DNA of 64,000 nucleotides from a virus (taxonomy: Duplodnaviria > Caudoviricetes), in IMG/VR virus record IMGVR_UViG_3300010429_001449; one strand, 5' to 3'. The position numbers and the translations under genes are program-made. Every line of letters begins with the position of its first letter. The first letter of the stretch is position 1. Shown here one piece after another: positions 18,637-25,363 of this stretch. The notes under the pieces were generated by a model. It was given only the letters and a program-made list of their open reading frames with translations, was not told the DNA's origin and did no database searches.

Positions 18637-19703
18637 ACAGCTTTTCCTTTCTTGGCTTTGCCCGCCGGAGCCTTTGCCACAGGCTCGGCTTCAACAGCTT
18701 CGCGGCCAGTAGCAGGGTCAAACTTCACTATATCCAACGAGCGTCCCTGTGCTCCCTTTGCAGCTTTGGGCAACCGGAGTCCTCGTCTCGCCGAAACGAG
18801 CCGAACGCGACCCCGAACATCGTGTACAAGAGCCTCGCCGGGCACACGCCCTCGAGGATACGTACGTTCCTCGAACTCTCTGTCGGACAGTTTGTTGGCG
18901 AGGGCTGCAATCTTCTTCGGAGAAACAGTCGTGTCTGCGGGAGCGGAACACTCAACGGTCTGAGATACTACATCACCCAGATGCCCGGAGTCTGCCGAAG
19001 GCTTGCGCAACGCGGCATAGCGAGCTTTTGCAGCAATGATCGCTTTCCGCGCATTCTGAGACGCCTTTTTGCGCCCGGCCTTTGTGGTCTTTTCCCGCGC
19101 CAGGTATGAGACAGTACCAAGAGCCTTCGACAACAACTTGTCAACGTCAGAAAGAACATCCTCGGTCTGAGCAAGACGCTCGAAGGCGTGCTTGTGCGCG
19201 TCTGCGAGAGGTTTGTCGTACAACGAGCGAACAAACCGTTTGATGTTCTCCGGCGACGCTTCCGCCTCCTTTTGATGACGCTCTTTGGCTTCGAGTCTCT
19301 CCAAAGCCCGCAGCCAGATTGCTCGGTAAGTATAACGAGCAATCTCTTCCACTTGTCTGCGGGCGGTAAGGAGCGTGTCCGGTTTGCCGGAATTGATCGC
19401 CGCCAACGCGCTTGAGGCGCATTCTCGAATCGCATTCATCATATCGATTGCGGGTACAGCCAAGCCATAAAAGCGCATCCTGTCCATACACCGACGGCAG
19501 AACCCGACTTCGGAAAGAGGCTCTGTGTCACAGAAACAGCCCGGACAAGACAGTTTTGGCACATCAAGGGGAGACACGCCTTCTTCAGCAAGACCGAGCG
19601 CTCGCGCTTCTTCGGTCTGACGATTCAACTGATTAAAGAGTCGTACAGCAGGATCGTCGGCATTTTGTTGCAGTTGTTCCAAGGACGGATTCGGCATGAT
19701 CAA
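18633..19703 (-). CDS. hypothetical protein
   Basis: CPGC...CRRC, basic C-terminus. Confidence 0.65.
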   Translation of the reverse strand: MIMPNPSLEQLQQNADDPAVRLFNQLNRQTEEARALGLAEEGVSPLDVPKLSCPGCFCDTEPLSEVGFCRRCMDRMRFYGLAVPAIDMMNAIRECASSALAAINSGKPDTLLTARRQVEEIARYTYRAIWLRALERLEAKERHQKEAEASPENIKRFVRSLYDKPLADAHKHAFERLAQTEDVLSDVDKLLSKALGTVSYLAREKTTKAGRKKASQNARKAIIAAKARYAALRKPSADSGHLGDVVSQTVECSAPADTTVSPKKIAALANKLSDREFEERTYPRGRVPGEALVHDVRGRVRLVSARRGLRLPKAAKGAQGRSLDIVKFDPATGREAVEAEPVAKAPAGKAKKGKAV

Positions 19704-20064
19704 CTCCTTCCGCGCATAACACGCGGTCTAAAACGGAATGTTACCCAGCCGCTCGGCTTCGTAACGCTCCAAGACACGTCGTTTAATGGCCTTGATTACA
19801 TCAAGAACAGAAGCGTTGGGCATTTGTTTGTGTTCGGCCTGAAACCATTCAAACGCCCAGTCGCCAAAACGATACTTGAGATAGCTCTCTATCCACCGCA
19901 GCGCGTCCGGGTGCGCGGGGGACATATCGAGCTTTTGATTTACGAGATCGCGTTCTGGATCAATCATCATTAAAAAAAGAGGCGAGCGACGGAACTGACG
20001 TGACGTTTCAGTTCGGATACGTCTGGACAGAACCTTTGTGGAGATTCGTCGCTCGCCTACACCT

Positions 20065-20092
20065 AGTATAACGGACTTCAACAATTTGTCAA
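20065..20092 (-). promoter_or_regulatory. sigma70-type promoter
   Basis: TTGACA-16bp-TATACT. Confidence 0.85.
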
Positions 20093-20097
20093 GGGGC

Positions 20098-20132
20098 AAA
20101 AAGAAAGAGCGCACTGTTTCCAGTACGCTCTT
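20098..20132 (-). terminator. intrinsic terminator closing the tRNA/tmRNA operon
   Basis: AAGAGCGTACTG-GAAA-CAGTGCGCTCTT followed by TCTTTTT. Confidence 0.75.
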
Positions 20133-20188
20133 GTGTAGTGCGCCGGTATTCATCGTCGCCTTCCCATAACAGGTTAGCGTTGATTGGT

Positions 20189-20263
20189 TGGAGCGGTCAG
20201 CGGGATTCGGACCCGCAATGGCTACCTTGGCAAGGTAGTGCCCTACCGTTGGGCGATGACCGC
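20189..20263 (-). tRNA. tRNA-Gly(GCC)
   Basis: CTACC-TTGCCAA-GGTAG, U73, encoded CCA. Confidence 0.9.
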
Positions 20264-20499
20264 TATTTGTTTATCGCTTCTGATCGAACAATCGGACCGC
20301 GACCGCCGCTATGAACTACTGCGCTGAACTCCCGCCCAGTAGCTTTGTGAACGGCTTCGATTTTGGTTGAGCCTTGGACATCACCAACCTTCGTGACGCG
20401 AAAGCCGTGGTTGTTGCCAATGCGAGGCACGGCGTCGAACGGCTCAAACAACGAATCCCTAACGAACTTGTCGAACTGCTCTGTTACTGTATCTGGCAC
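20263..20499 (-). CDS. small hypothetical protein between tRNAs
   Basis: ORF fills the spacer; ends AVHKATG similar to AVHKASG in the next spacer ORF. Confidence 0.5.
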   Translation of the reverse strand: MPDTVTEQFDKFVRDSLFEPFDAVPRIGNNHGFRVTKVGDVQGSTKIEAVHKATGREFSAVVHSGGRGPIVRSEAINK

Positions 20500-20507
20500 A
20501 GTGAAAG

Positions 20508-20583
20508 TGGTGGAGCCAGCGGGAGTTGAACCCGCGACCTCTAGTCTGCCGGACTAGCGCTCTCCCAACTGAGCTATGGCCCC
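20508..20583 (-). tRNA. tRNA-Ala(GGC)
   Basis: G3:U70, CTAGT-CCGGCAG-ACTAG (C33), encoded CCA. Confidence 0.9.
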
Positions 20584-20591
20584 ACAGCGTC

Positions 20592-20879
20592 CTACTTATT
20601 AGCGGCTTCCGCCGCTCGCCTGGCAGCACGGTCTTTTGCCGAGATGCCTTTGAACACGACGCCCGATACAGCAGCGCCGGATGCCTTGTGGACAGCCTTT
20701 ACGAGCGATGAGTCCACACGATTGTAAACACTATGCACTACGAAACCGGCCTTGTCAAGCTCTCCTGACAGCCTGGCCGTGCTAACGATTGCCGCGCACA
20801 GTTCGGTGAATTGTTCCTGCGACGTTTTCTGCGGAGCCATCTGAGGCGTCTCCGACCGGGCCTTCTTCGTCCTAGCCAT
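20592..20879 (-). CDS. small hypothetical protein
   Basis: MARTKK start with AAGGAG RBS. Confidence 0.6.
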   Translation of the reverse strand: MARTKKARSETPQMAPQKTSQEQFTELCAAIVSTARLSGELDKAGFVVHSVYNRVDSSLVKAVHKASGAAVSGVVFKGISAKDRAARRAAEAANK

Positions 20880-20959
20880 GCGTACTCCTTTGGAGGGGCG
20901 GGGGAGATCGCTATCTGGAGGGAGAATAACGATCCCCTGTACCGCCCGCGAGAAAATGA

Positions 20960-21035
20960 TGGTGGAGCCAGCGGGAGTTGAACCCGCGACCTCATCCATG
21001 CGAGGGATGCGCTCTCCCAACTGAGCTATGGCCCC
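20960..21035 (-). tRNA. tRNA-Ala(CGC)
   Basis: CATCC-CTCGCAT-GGATG, encoded CCA. Confidence 0.92.
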
Positions 21036-21226
21036 TGAAAAGCATCGAGCAGAAGAAACAACGCAAGGCCGCTTGAGAAAACGCCGAGCGGCACGCCAAG
21101 CATTCCCATATGTATCCAACACCACAAGAACGGATAGATTACAACCGCAACGCTGCCTATGACAACGACCACACACAGCGAGCCAACGAAGGCGAAGTCT
21201 TTAACGTCCTGCCACGACACAGACAT
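21026..21226 (-). CDS. small two-TM membrane protein
   Basis: Two hydrophobic segments, AGGAG RBS. Confidence 0.55.
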   Translation of the reverse strand: MSVSWQDVKDFAFVGSLCVVVVIGSVAVVIYPFLWCWIHMGMLGVPLGVFSSGLALFLLLDAFQGP

Positions 21227-21361
21227 ATCGATCTCCTGCGCCGGAAAACCGGTGGTCGCGCTGTTATTTTCCGGAGACGGGCTAGAATGTGTTGTAATTT
21301 GGCTTGGCCGTTTCTTTGTTCACCCCGTCATAGCTATCTTAACAGCGCGACCAGAAAAAAA

Positions 21362-21436
21362 TGGAGCGGGCAGCGGGACTCGAACCCGCAATGAACAGCT
21401 TGGAAGGCTGTAGCCCTACCATTGGGCTATGCCCGC
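21362..21436 (-). tRNA. tRNA-Gly(TCC)
   Basis: ACAGC-CTTCCAA-GCTGT, encoded CCA. Confidence 0.92.
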
Positions 21437-21446
21437 GTTTTTGTTG

Positions 21447-21920
21447 CAGACGCCGCCGAGTCAGGACGGCGTCCGATCTTTTCCCGCACATGGCGGGTAA
21501 GTCTTGGGGGCCGGAACCGCCGAGACGGTCCTGCCGACTCCACCACCCTGTCAAACATCTCGGCGGACAGGGACGCCTGAGTAACGAGAGGCCGGTCAGT
21601 TCGAGACTGCATGCCGGTCGACTGACGCCTGACTGTGAGACGACTCTCGTGGCCTAGGCGCGAAAGTCGGCTCTGTGTCCCTTCCGCTGTCGCAGTGCCG
21701 TTGGGCGCTGTGGCAAACGCGGCCTCTCAAGAGCAAGGGCAATCTCTGCAGAGACGACCCTGCGCCCGTTCGCTTGTCGCTACTAGGGGGAGCAGATAGT
21801 TACACCGAGCCGGGCCGAGGCTGCGGGGGCAGCAGCGCCCGGCCTACAGGCTCAGTAAGCGTCGGCGAACCGACGCGAAATGGGGAGAAAAGCGGCTGGC
21901 ACATCCCCGCTTGCGCGGAG
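21447..21920 (-). ncRNA. large structured ncRNA of unknown class
   Basis: No credible ORF, nested helices, UUCG/GCAA tetraloops, 11-bp pseudoknot; inside stable-RNA operon. Confidence 0.55.
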
Positions 21921-21927
21921 AAAAGTG

Positions 21928-22007
21928 ATCGGGACGGCTGAGGAAGGCATAACCTCGCCGTCAATGGAGCGTCGGCCCATGACGTGTTGTGTGGCAGCCG
22001 TCCCGAT
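21928..22007 (-). ncRNA. small structured RNA
   Basis: 13-bp perfect closing stem ATCGGGACGGCTG/CAGCCGTCCCGAT directly after tmRNA CCA. Confidence 0.45.
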
Positions 22008-22012
22008 GTGAA

Positions 22013-22389
22013 TGGTGGACGCGGGGGGCATTGCAACCCCCGTCCAGAAATGGTTCCTTCTGCGCTTGCTACATGTTTAGCTGGCCTATTGTGTCTCGCG
22101 CTAAGAACCCCGGCCAGCGGGGTTTCCTTCGCGCCATCTCTAAAGCTTTAGCCCTTACGCCCAAGAGAACTGACGTAAGACCGATCCCGCTAGTTGACGC
22201 CTGCAAACAGACGCGGGCTTCCGCAAGCAGACGTGTTGCCTCTTGTTAGGCAGCAAGCCCAACCGCTTCGCGGCTGGGGAATTGCACGATGTTATCGGCA
22301 CTTGTGTTTTGTCAGGCGTTTTACGAGATTCCTGGCGATCTCGACATGCAACACAGACATCTTCCATCCTGTCGATTCTTGTCGCGCCC
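22013..22389 (-). ncRNA. ssrA: tmRNA, tag (A)ADNIVQFPSREAVGLAA*
   Basis: GGGCGCG/CGCGTCC-ACCA acceptor with G3:U70, 5' GAATCGAC motif, T arm, tag ORF 22246-22299 ending LAA-stop. Confidence 0.93.
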
Positions 22390-22397
22390 GTAGAAAA

Positions 22398-22472
22398 TGG
22401 TAGCGGGAGCCGGGGTCGAACCGGCGTGAACGGCTTATGAGGCCGTTGAGTATCCACCTACTCTATCCCGCA
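22398..22472 (-). tRNA. tRNA-Met(CAT), 1:72 mismatch (initiator-like?)
   Basis: ACGGC-CTCATAA-GCCGT; U1:U72 but lacks the three G-C anticodon pairs. Confidence 0.85.
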
Positions 22473-22482
22473 TTAGGGTCTA

Positions 22483-22558
22483 TGGTGGAGACGAGGGGAA
22501 TTGAACCCCCTACCTCCTGCGTGCAAAACAGGCGCTCTCCCAAATGAGCTACGTCCCC
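22483..22558 (-). tRNA. tRNA-Ala(TGC)
   Basis: CCTGT-TTTGCAC-GCAGG, encoded CCA. Confidence 0.92.
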
Positions 22559-22576
22559 ACGAATCTCGCGGTCCGA

Positions 22577-22589
22577 GTTGTCAAAGAGC
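22577..22589 (-). promoter_or_regulatory. boxA-like element
   Basis: GCTCTTTGACAAC. Confidence 0.7.
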
Positions 22590-22611
22590 TACGTCAAACG
22601 ACTCTACACCT

Positions 22612-22639
22612 AGTATAACGGAGAGGAACAGAATGTCAA
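22612..22639 (-). promoter_or_regulatory. sigma70-type promoter
   Basis: TTGACA-16bp-TATACT. Confidence 0.85.
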
Positions 22640-22656
22640 GAGGGAAATCGAAAGAA

Positions 22657-23088
22657 TCACAGGACTTTTACAAGCTGTCGGATGGCTTCGCGCAATGCTG
22701 CGTCGGCGTTCTGGCTTTTCGCGTAAGACATTTGCAGAGTTGTAAAGCCGGTTTCCAACTGCTGAAGCTTGCGCTGAGATTCGGCCAGGTGCTGTTTGGC
22801 GTTGTCTCGGTCGGCCCGCAGCGCCGCCGAAATCGCTTCTTGTTGTGTGTTCGGGGGCGGCGCAGGCGCGGCTGTCCTTCGTTCGTGCAAGAGCGAGACG
22901 ATGATGACTCGGAGATCGTCCGTATCCGCGTCCTTTACAAGCTGAATCAACGCGGTTTCATCGCCCTTCTGTAATGCAGCTACCGCGTCTTCCCATGCGT
23001 GTTGAACCAGAATTGAGCGGGCGCTCTCCAATATGGCTCGAAGACCGTCTGTCAAGGCTGCGGAGCAACTGTTACACGTTGGAGGCAT
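22657..23088 (-). CDS. hypothetical coiled-coil protein
   Basis: MPPTCNSC start with AGGAG RBS. Confidence 0.65.
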   Translation of the reverse strand: MPPTCNSCSAALTDGLRAILESARSILVQHAWEDAVAALQKGDETALIQLVKDADTDDLRVIIVSLLHERRTAAPAPPPNTQQEAISAALRADRDNAKQHLAESQRKLQQLETGFTTLQMSYAKSQNADAALREAIRQLVKVL

Positions 23089-23104
23089 AACATCTCCTAG
23101 AAAT

Positions 23105-23178
23105 TGGTGGCGGGAGCGGGTATCGATCCCGCTATTCGACCTTATGAGAGTCGCGTGATGCCTTTTCACTATCCCGCC
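23105..23178 (-). tRNA. tRNA with CAT anticodon (elongator Met or Ile2)
   Basis: CGACT-CTCATAA-GGTCG, encoded CCA. Confidence 0.85.
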
Positions 23179-23196
23179 ACACAACCAGCAAAACAA

Positions 23197-24168
23197 TCAA
23201 AGCAGAGGGGGAACCTGTTCGGTGTCGCCCATGCGAAATACCTTAATCACTTCATCCGTCTTTATAGCGTTCCACGCCTTGACCAGCAGGCCGAAAAGGT
23301 ATCCGGGCGTGTGCTTGGTGGTAGAACGATACTGCTTCAACAGTTTGGTGTTCAGTTCGGCCAGATTAGGCAGCATTCTGCCGAGAGAGCTACTGTAGCC
23401 GCCGGTCTTGAATGCGGCCTCGAAGAAAGGATCAACAAGATCGCTGTCTTTTTCTTTGGCCAGAAAGTGAAAAGCCACTACCCACGCTCTGGGCAGACCT
23501 TTCACTATAGATTCGTAGGGTTGCGCTCTAACCAGGCTGTCCGTGAGGCTGGCGTCATTCTCTTTCACGAATTGGCGAAGCTCTAAGTTCGACACGTCGC
23601 CTTTGGAGTAGCTGGAATTCGCGTAAATGCGCTTCATATTAAACACTTGGATAACTCGCGCCGCCGCGCTCTTGTCGGTTCCGCGCTTGATTTCATCCAG
23701 CAGATTCAGGTTGTCTCCTGCAGTTCTGGCTTTGCCACTATCAAGAACAGACAAAGCGGCTTCGTCTGCGCGGCATCCATCAATCACCGTGTCGTTGTAC
23801 TGAAAAACAAGAAAGACACACGTAGCCCCAGTTTTCTTTAATGCCACCAAGCGATGCTGACCATTACGCACCCGTCCAGCGGCATCGATGATGATAGCAT
23901 CTGGAAGCAAGGGCCACTGCTTGTTAAGCATGTCCCTGCTGTACATATTAACACGATACGGACTAATATTCCGGTTTCGACCCGTCGCACCCAAATAGTA
24001 ATCGACATTATGAGGTCCGATAGCCACCAACGAAACTGTAAACGGTAACTTGAGTCCGTCAGGAACTTTCAGACTCTGCGGACCACGCACAATAAATTGA
24101 GCAATGAATTCGTCCTGCGACAACGTGTACTGCGGAACAACACCAGTATCCATCTTCTGATCGTCCAT
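23197..24168 (-). CDS. ParB/Srx-like N-terminal domain protein
   Basis: NRNIS...YSRDM...W...IIIDAAG...NGQHRLVAL...LDSGKART. Confidence 0.7.
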   Translation of the reverse strand: MDDQKMDTGVVPQYTLSQDEFIAQFIVRGPQSLKVPDGLKLPFTVSLVAIGPHNVDYYLGATGRNRNISPYRVNMYSRDMLNKQWPLLPDAIIIDAAGRVRNGQHRLVALKKTGATCVFLVFQYNDTVIDGCRADEAALSVLDSGKARTAGDNLNLLDEIKRGTDKSAAARVIQVFNMKRIYANSSYSKGDVSNLELRQFVKENDASLTDSLVRAQPYESIVKGLPRAWVVAFHFLAKEKDSDLVDPFFEAAFKTGGYSSSLGRMLPNLAELNTKLLKQYRSTTKHTPGYLFGLLVKAWNAIKTDEVIKVFRMGDTEQVPPLL

Positions 24169-24233
24169 CACACAACTCCTGTAAAAACTACGAAAAAGCA
24201 TCGCTACAACAGCGACGTAACACCGCAACGAAA

Positions 24234-24311
24234 TGGTCGGGGTGGCCGAAATCGAATCGGCGGCCTCCAGTACCCCAAACTGGCGCTCTAACCAGACTGA
24301 GCTACACCCCG
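24234..24311 (-). tRNA. tRNA-Pro(GGG)
   Basis: CCAGT-TTGGGGT-ACTGG, C1:G72, encoded CCA. Confidence 0.9.
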
Positions 24312-24319
24312 GAAGAAAG

Positions 24320-24397
24320 TGGTCGGAGTGGCGGGACTTGAACCCGCGACCTCGTGGTCCCGAACCACGCGCTCTACACAGGCTGAGCTACACTCCG
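24320..24397 (-). tRNA. tRNA-Pro(CGG)
   Basis: CGTGG-TTCGGGA-CCACG, encoded CCA. Confidence 0.9.
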
Positions 24398-24408
24398 ACG
24401 AAGAAGAA

Positions 24409-24490
24409 TGGCCGACGAGGGTGTAGAGAGGTTTGTTTTGGCGCTCCCTTGCGGGGGCAGGTAACATGTACTCCCTACGGCATTCGGCCA
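24409..24490 (-). ncRNA. short Y-RNA-like RNA (copy 2)
   Basis: UGGCCGA-AUGCC-GUAGGGAG-UACAU...AAAC-CUCUCUAC-ACCCUCG-UCGGCCA; GNCGAANG motif. Confidence 0.7.
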
Positions 24491-24495
24491 AAAGA

Positions 24496-24575
24496 TGGTC
24501 GGAGCGGCGGGAATCGAACCCGCGAAAACCTCTCGGTCCCAAGCCGAGCGCTCTACCAAGCTGAGCTACGCTCCG
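24496..24575 (-). tRNA. tRNA-Pro(TGG)
   Basis: CTCGG-CTTGGGA-CCGAG, encoded CCA. Confidence 0.9.
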
Positions 24576-24579
24576 TTTG

Positions 24580-24850
24580 CTTACAAAGACCGGCGCGGCA
24601 ACGCCGGTCTCCGTGGAAAGGATTCCAATGTCCAAACAGACGGCGGCGCGTTACAAAGCCACACGCCGTGGGCAAAACGTCATGCGCCGCCTCGAAAGAC
24701 GGCGCAGGTACTCCTTCCACACGTGGTGGATGAGCAAAGAGTTATAACGCACAGCAACCGTGTTGATCAAGCACGGCGGCACGTACTCTTGTGCGCCGGA
24801 ACTACCTCTCGACATTCGACTGCCGCCGGTACGCGCTTGTCGAGAGACGC
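24580..24850 (-). ncRNA. putative structured ncRNA
   Basis: Run of hairpins including a UUCG-capped one; no credible ORF; between tRNA genes. Confidence 0.4.
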
Positions 24851-24857
24851 TGTTGAC

Positions 24858-24934
24858 TGGTCGGGACAGTACGGAGTCGAACCGTTAATTTCCGAGCCTC
24901 GCGGTCGGCGTACTGCCGTTGTACTATCGTCCCG
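24858..24934 (-). ncRNA. atypical tRNA-like RNA (Pro-type acceptor, no canonical anticodon loop)
   Basis: CGGGACGA/CUGUCCCG-ACCA, D arm GUAC/GUAC, T loop UUCGACU, anticodon arm capped CC-GCGA-GG. Confidence 0.65.
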
Positions 24935-24943
24935 AAAGAGAAC

Positions 24944-25018
24944 TGAGTCGACGAGGATCGCAAGAGACGTTTGGTAGTCCACAACGGGGCATGTAGTCCC
25001 TCGCTGGCATTCGACTCA
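24944..25018 (-). ncRNA. short Y-RNA-like RNA (copy 3)
   Basis: UGAGUCGA-AUGCCA-GCGAGGGAC-UACAU...AAAC-GUCUCUUGC-GAUCCUCG-UCGACUCA. Confidence 0.7.
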
Positions 25019-25023
25019 AAAAC

Positions 25024-25198
25024 TGGTCGGACGAGGAAGGATTCTACCTTCATCTTCCGGGCGCAGAGCTATGGGTACGCTCGGCTGTTCTAGTTGAACT
25101 ACTACTGAGACACCTCCGAGAGTCGGTATTGAGACGCCTGCCCAAAGCAGGCATCTCAACCATTTACTCTACCGGGCTACGTCTCATTGGGTCGTCCG
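25024..25198 (-). ncRNA. 175-nt tRNA-like RNA with ~87-nt hairpin insertion
   Basis: CGGACGA/UCGUCCG-ACCA, UA-GUUC/GAAC D arm, GAAGG/CCUUC T arm; long inserted stem. Confidence 0.65.
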
Positions 25199-25205
25199 TA
25201 ATCAA

Positions 25206-25218
25206 GTTATCAAAGAGC
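25206..25218 (-). promoter_or_regulatory. boxA-like element
   Basis: GCTCTTTGATAAC. Confidence 0.7.
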
Positions 25219-25228
25219 GTCTGTTCCT

Positions 25229-25256
25229 AGTATAACGGAGATACGCATAATGTCAA
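25229..25256 (-). promoter_or_regulatory. sigma70-type promoter
   Basis: TTGACA-16bp-TATACT. Confidence 0.85.
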
Positions 25257-25278
25257 GAGACATTTTGCAAAAATCGCC

Positions 25279-25320
25279 AAAAGAAAAGGCGGCCAAGGTG
25301 GGGGCACGCCCTGACCGCCT
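25279..25320 (-). terminator. intrinsic terminator
   Basis: AGGCGGTCAGGG/CCTTGGCCGCCT followed by TTTCTTTT. Confidence 0.75.
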
Positions 25321-25363
25321 GGAGGCAATTGGCGGGTGAGAACCATCCGCTGTCTTTAAGCTA

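Noticed and set aside
21447-21920. RNase P RNA or group I intron
   Set aside because: No GAGGAAAGUCC/P4 signature or convincing P7 core seen by eye
24409-24490. SRP (4.5S) RNA
   Set aside because: GNRA-capped hairpin only loosely similar; lacks the CAGG/AGCA symmetric loop, and the Y-like scaffold explains it better
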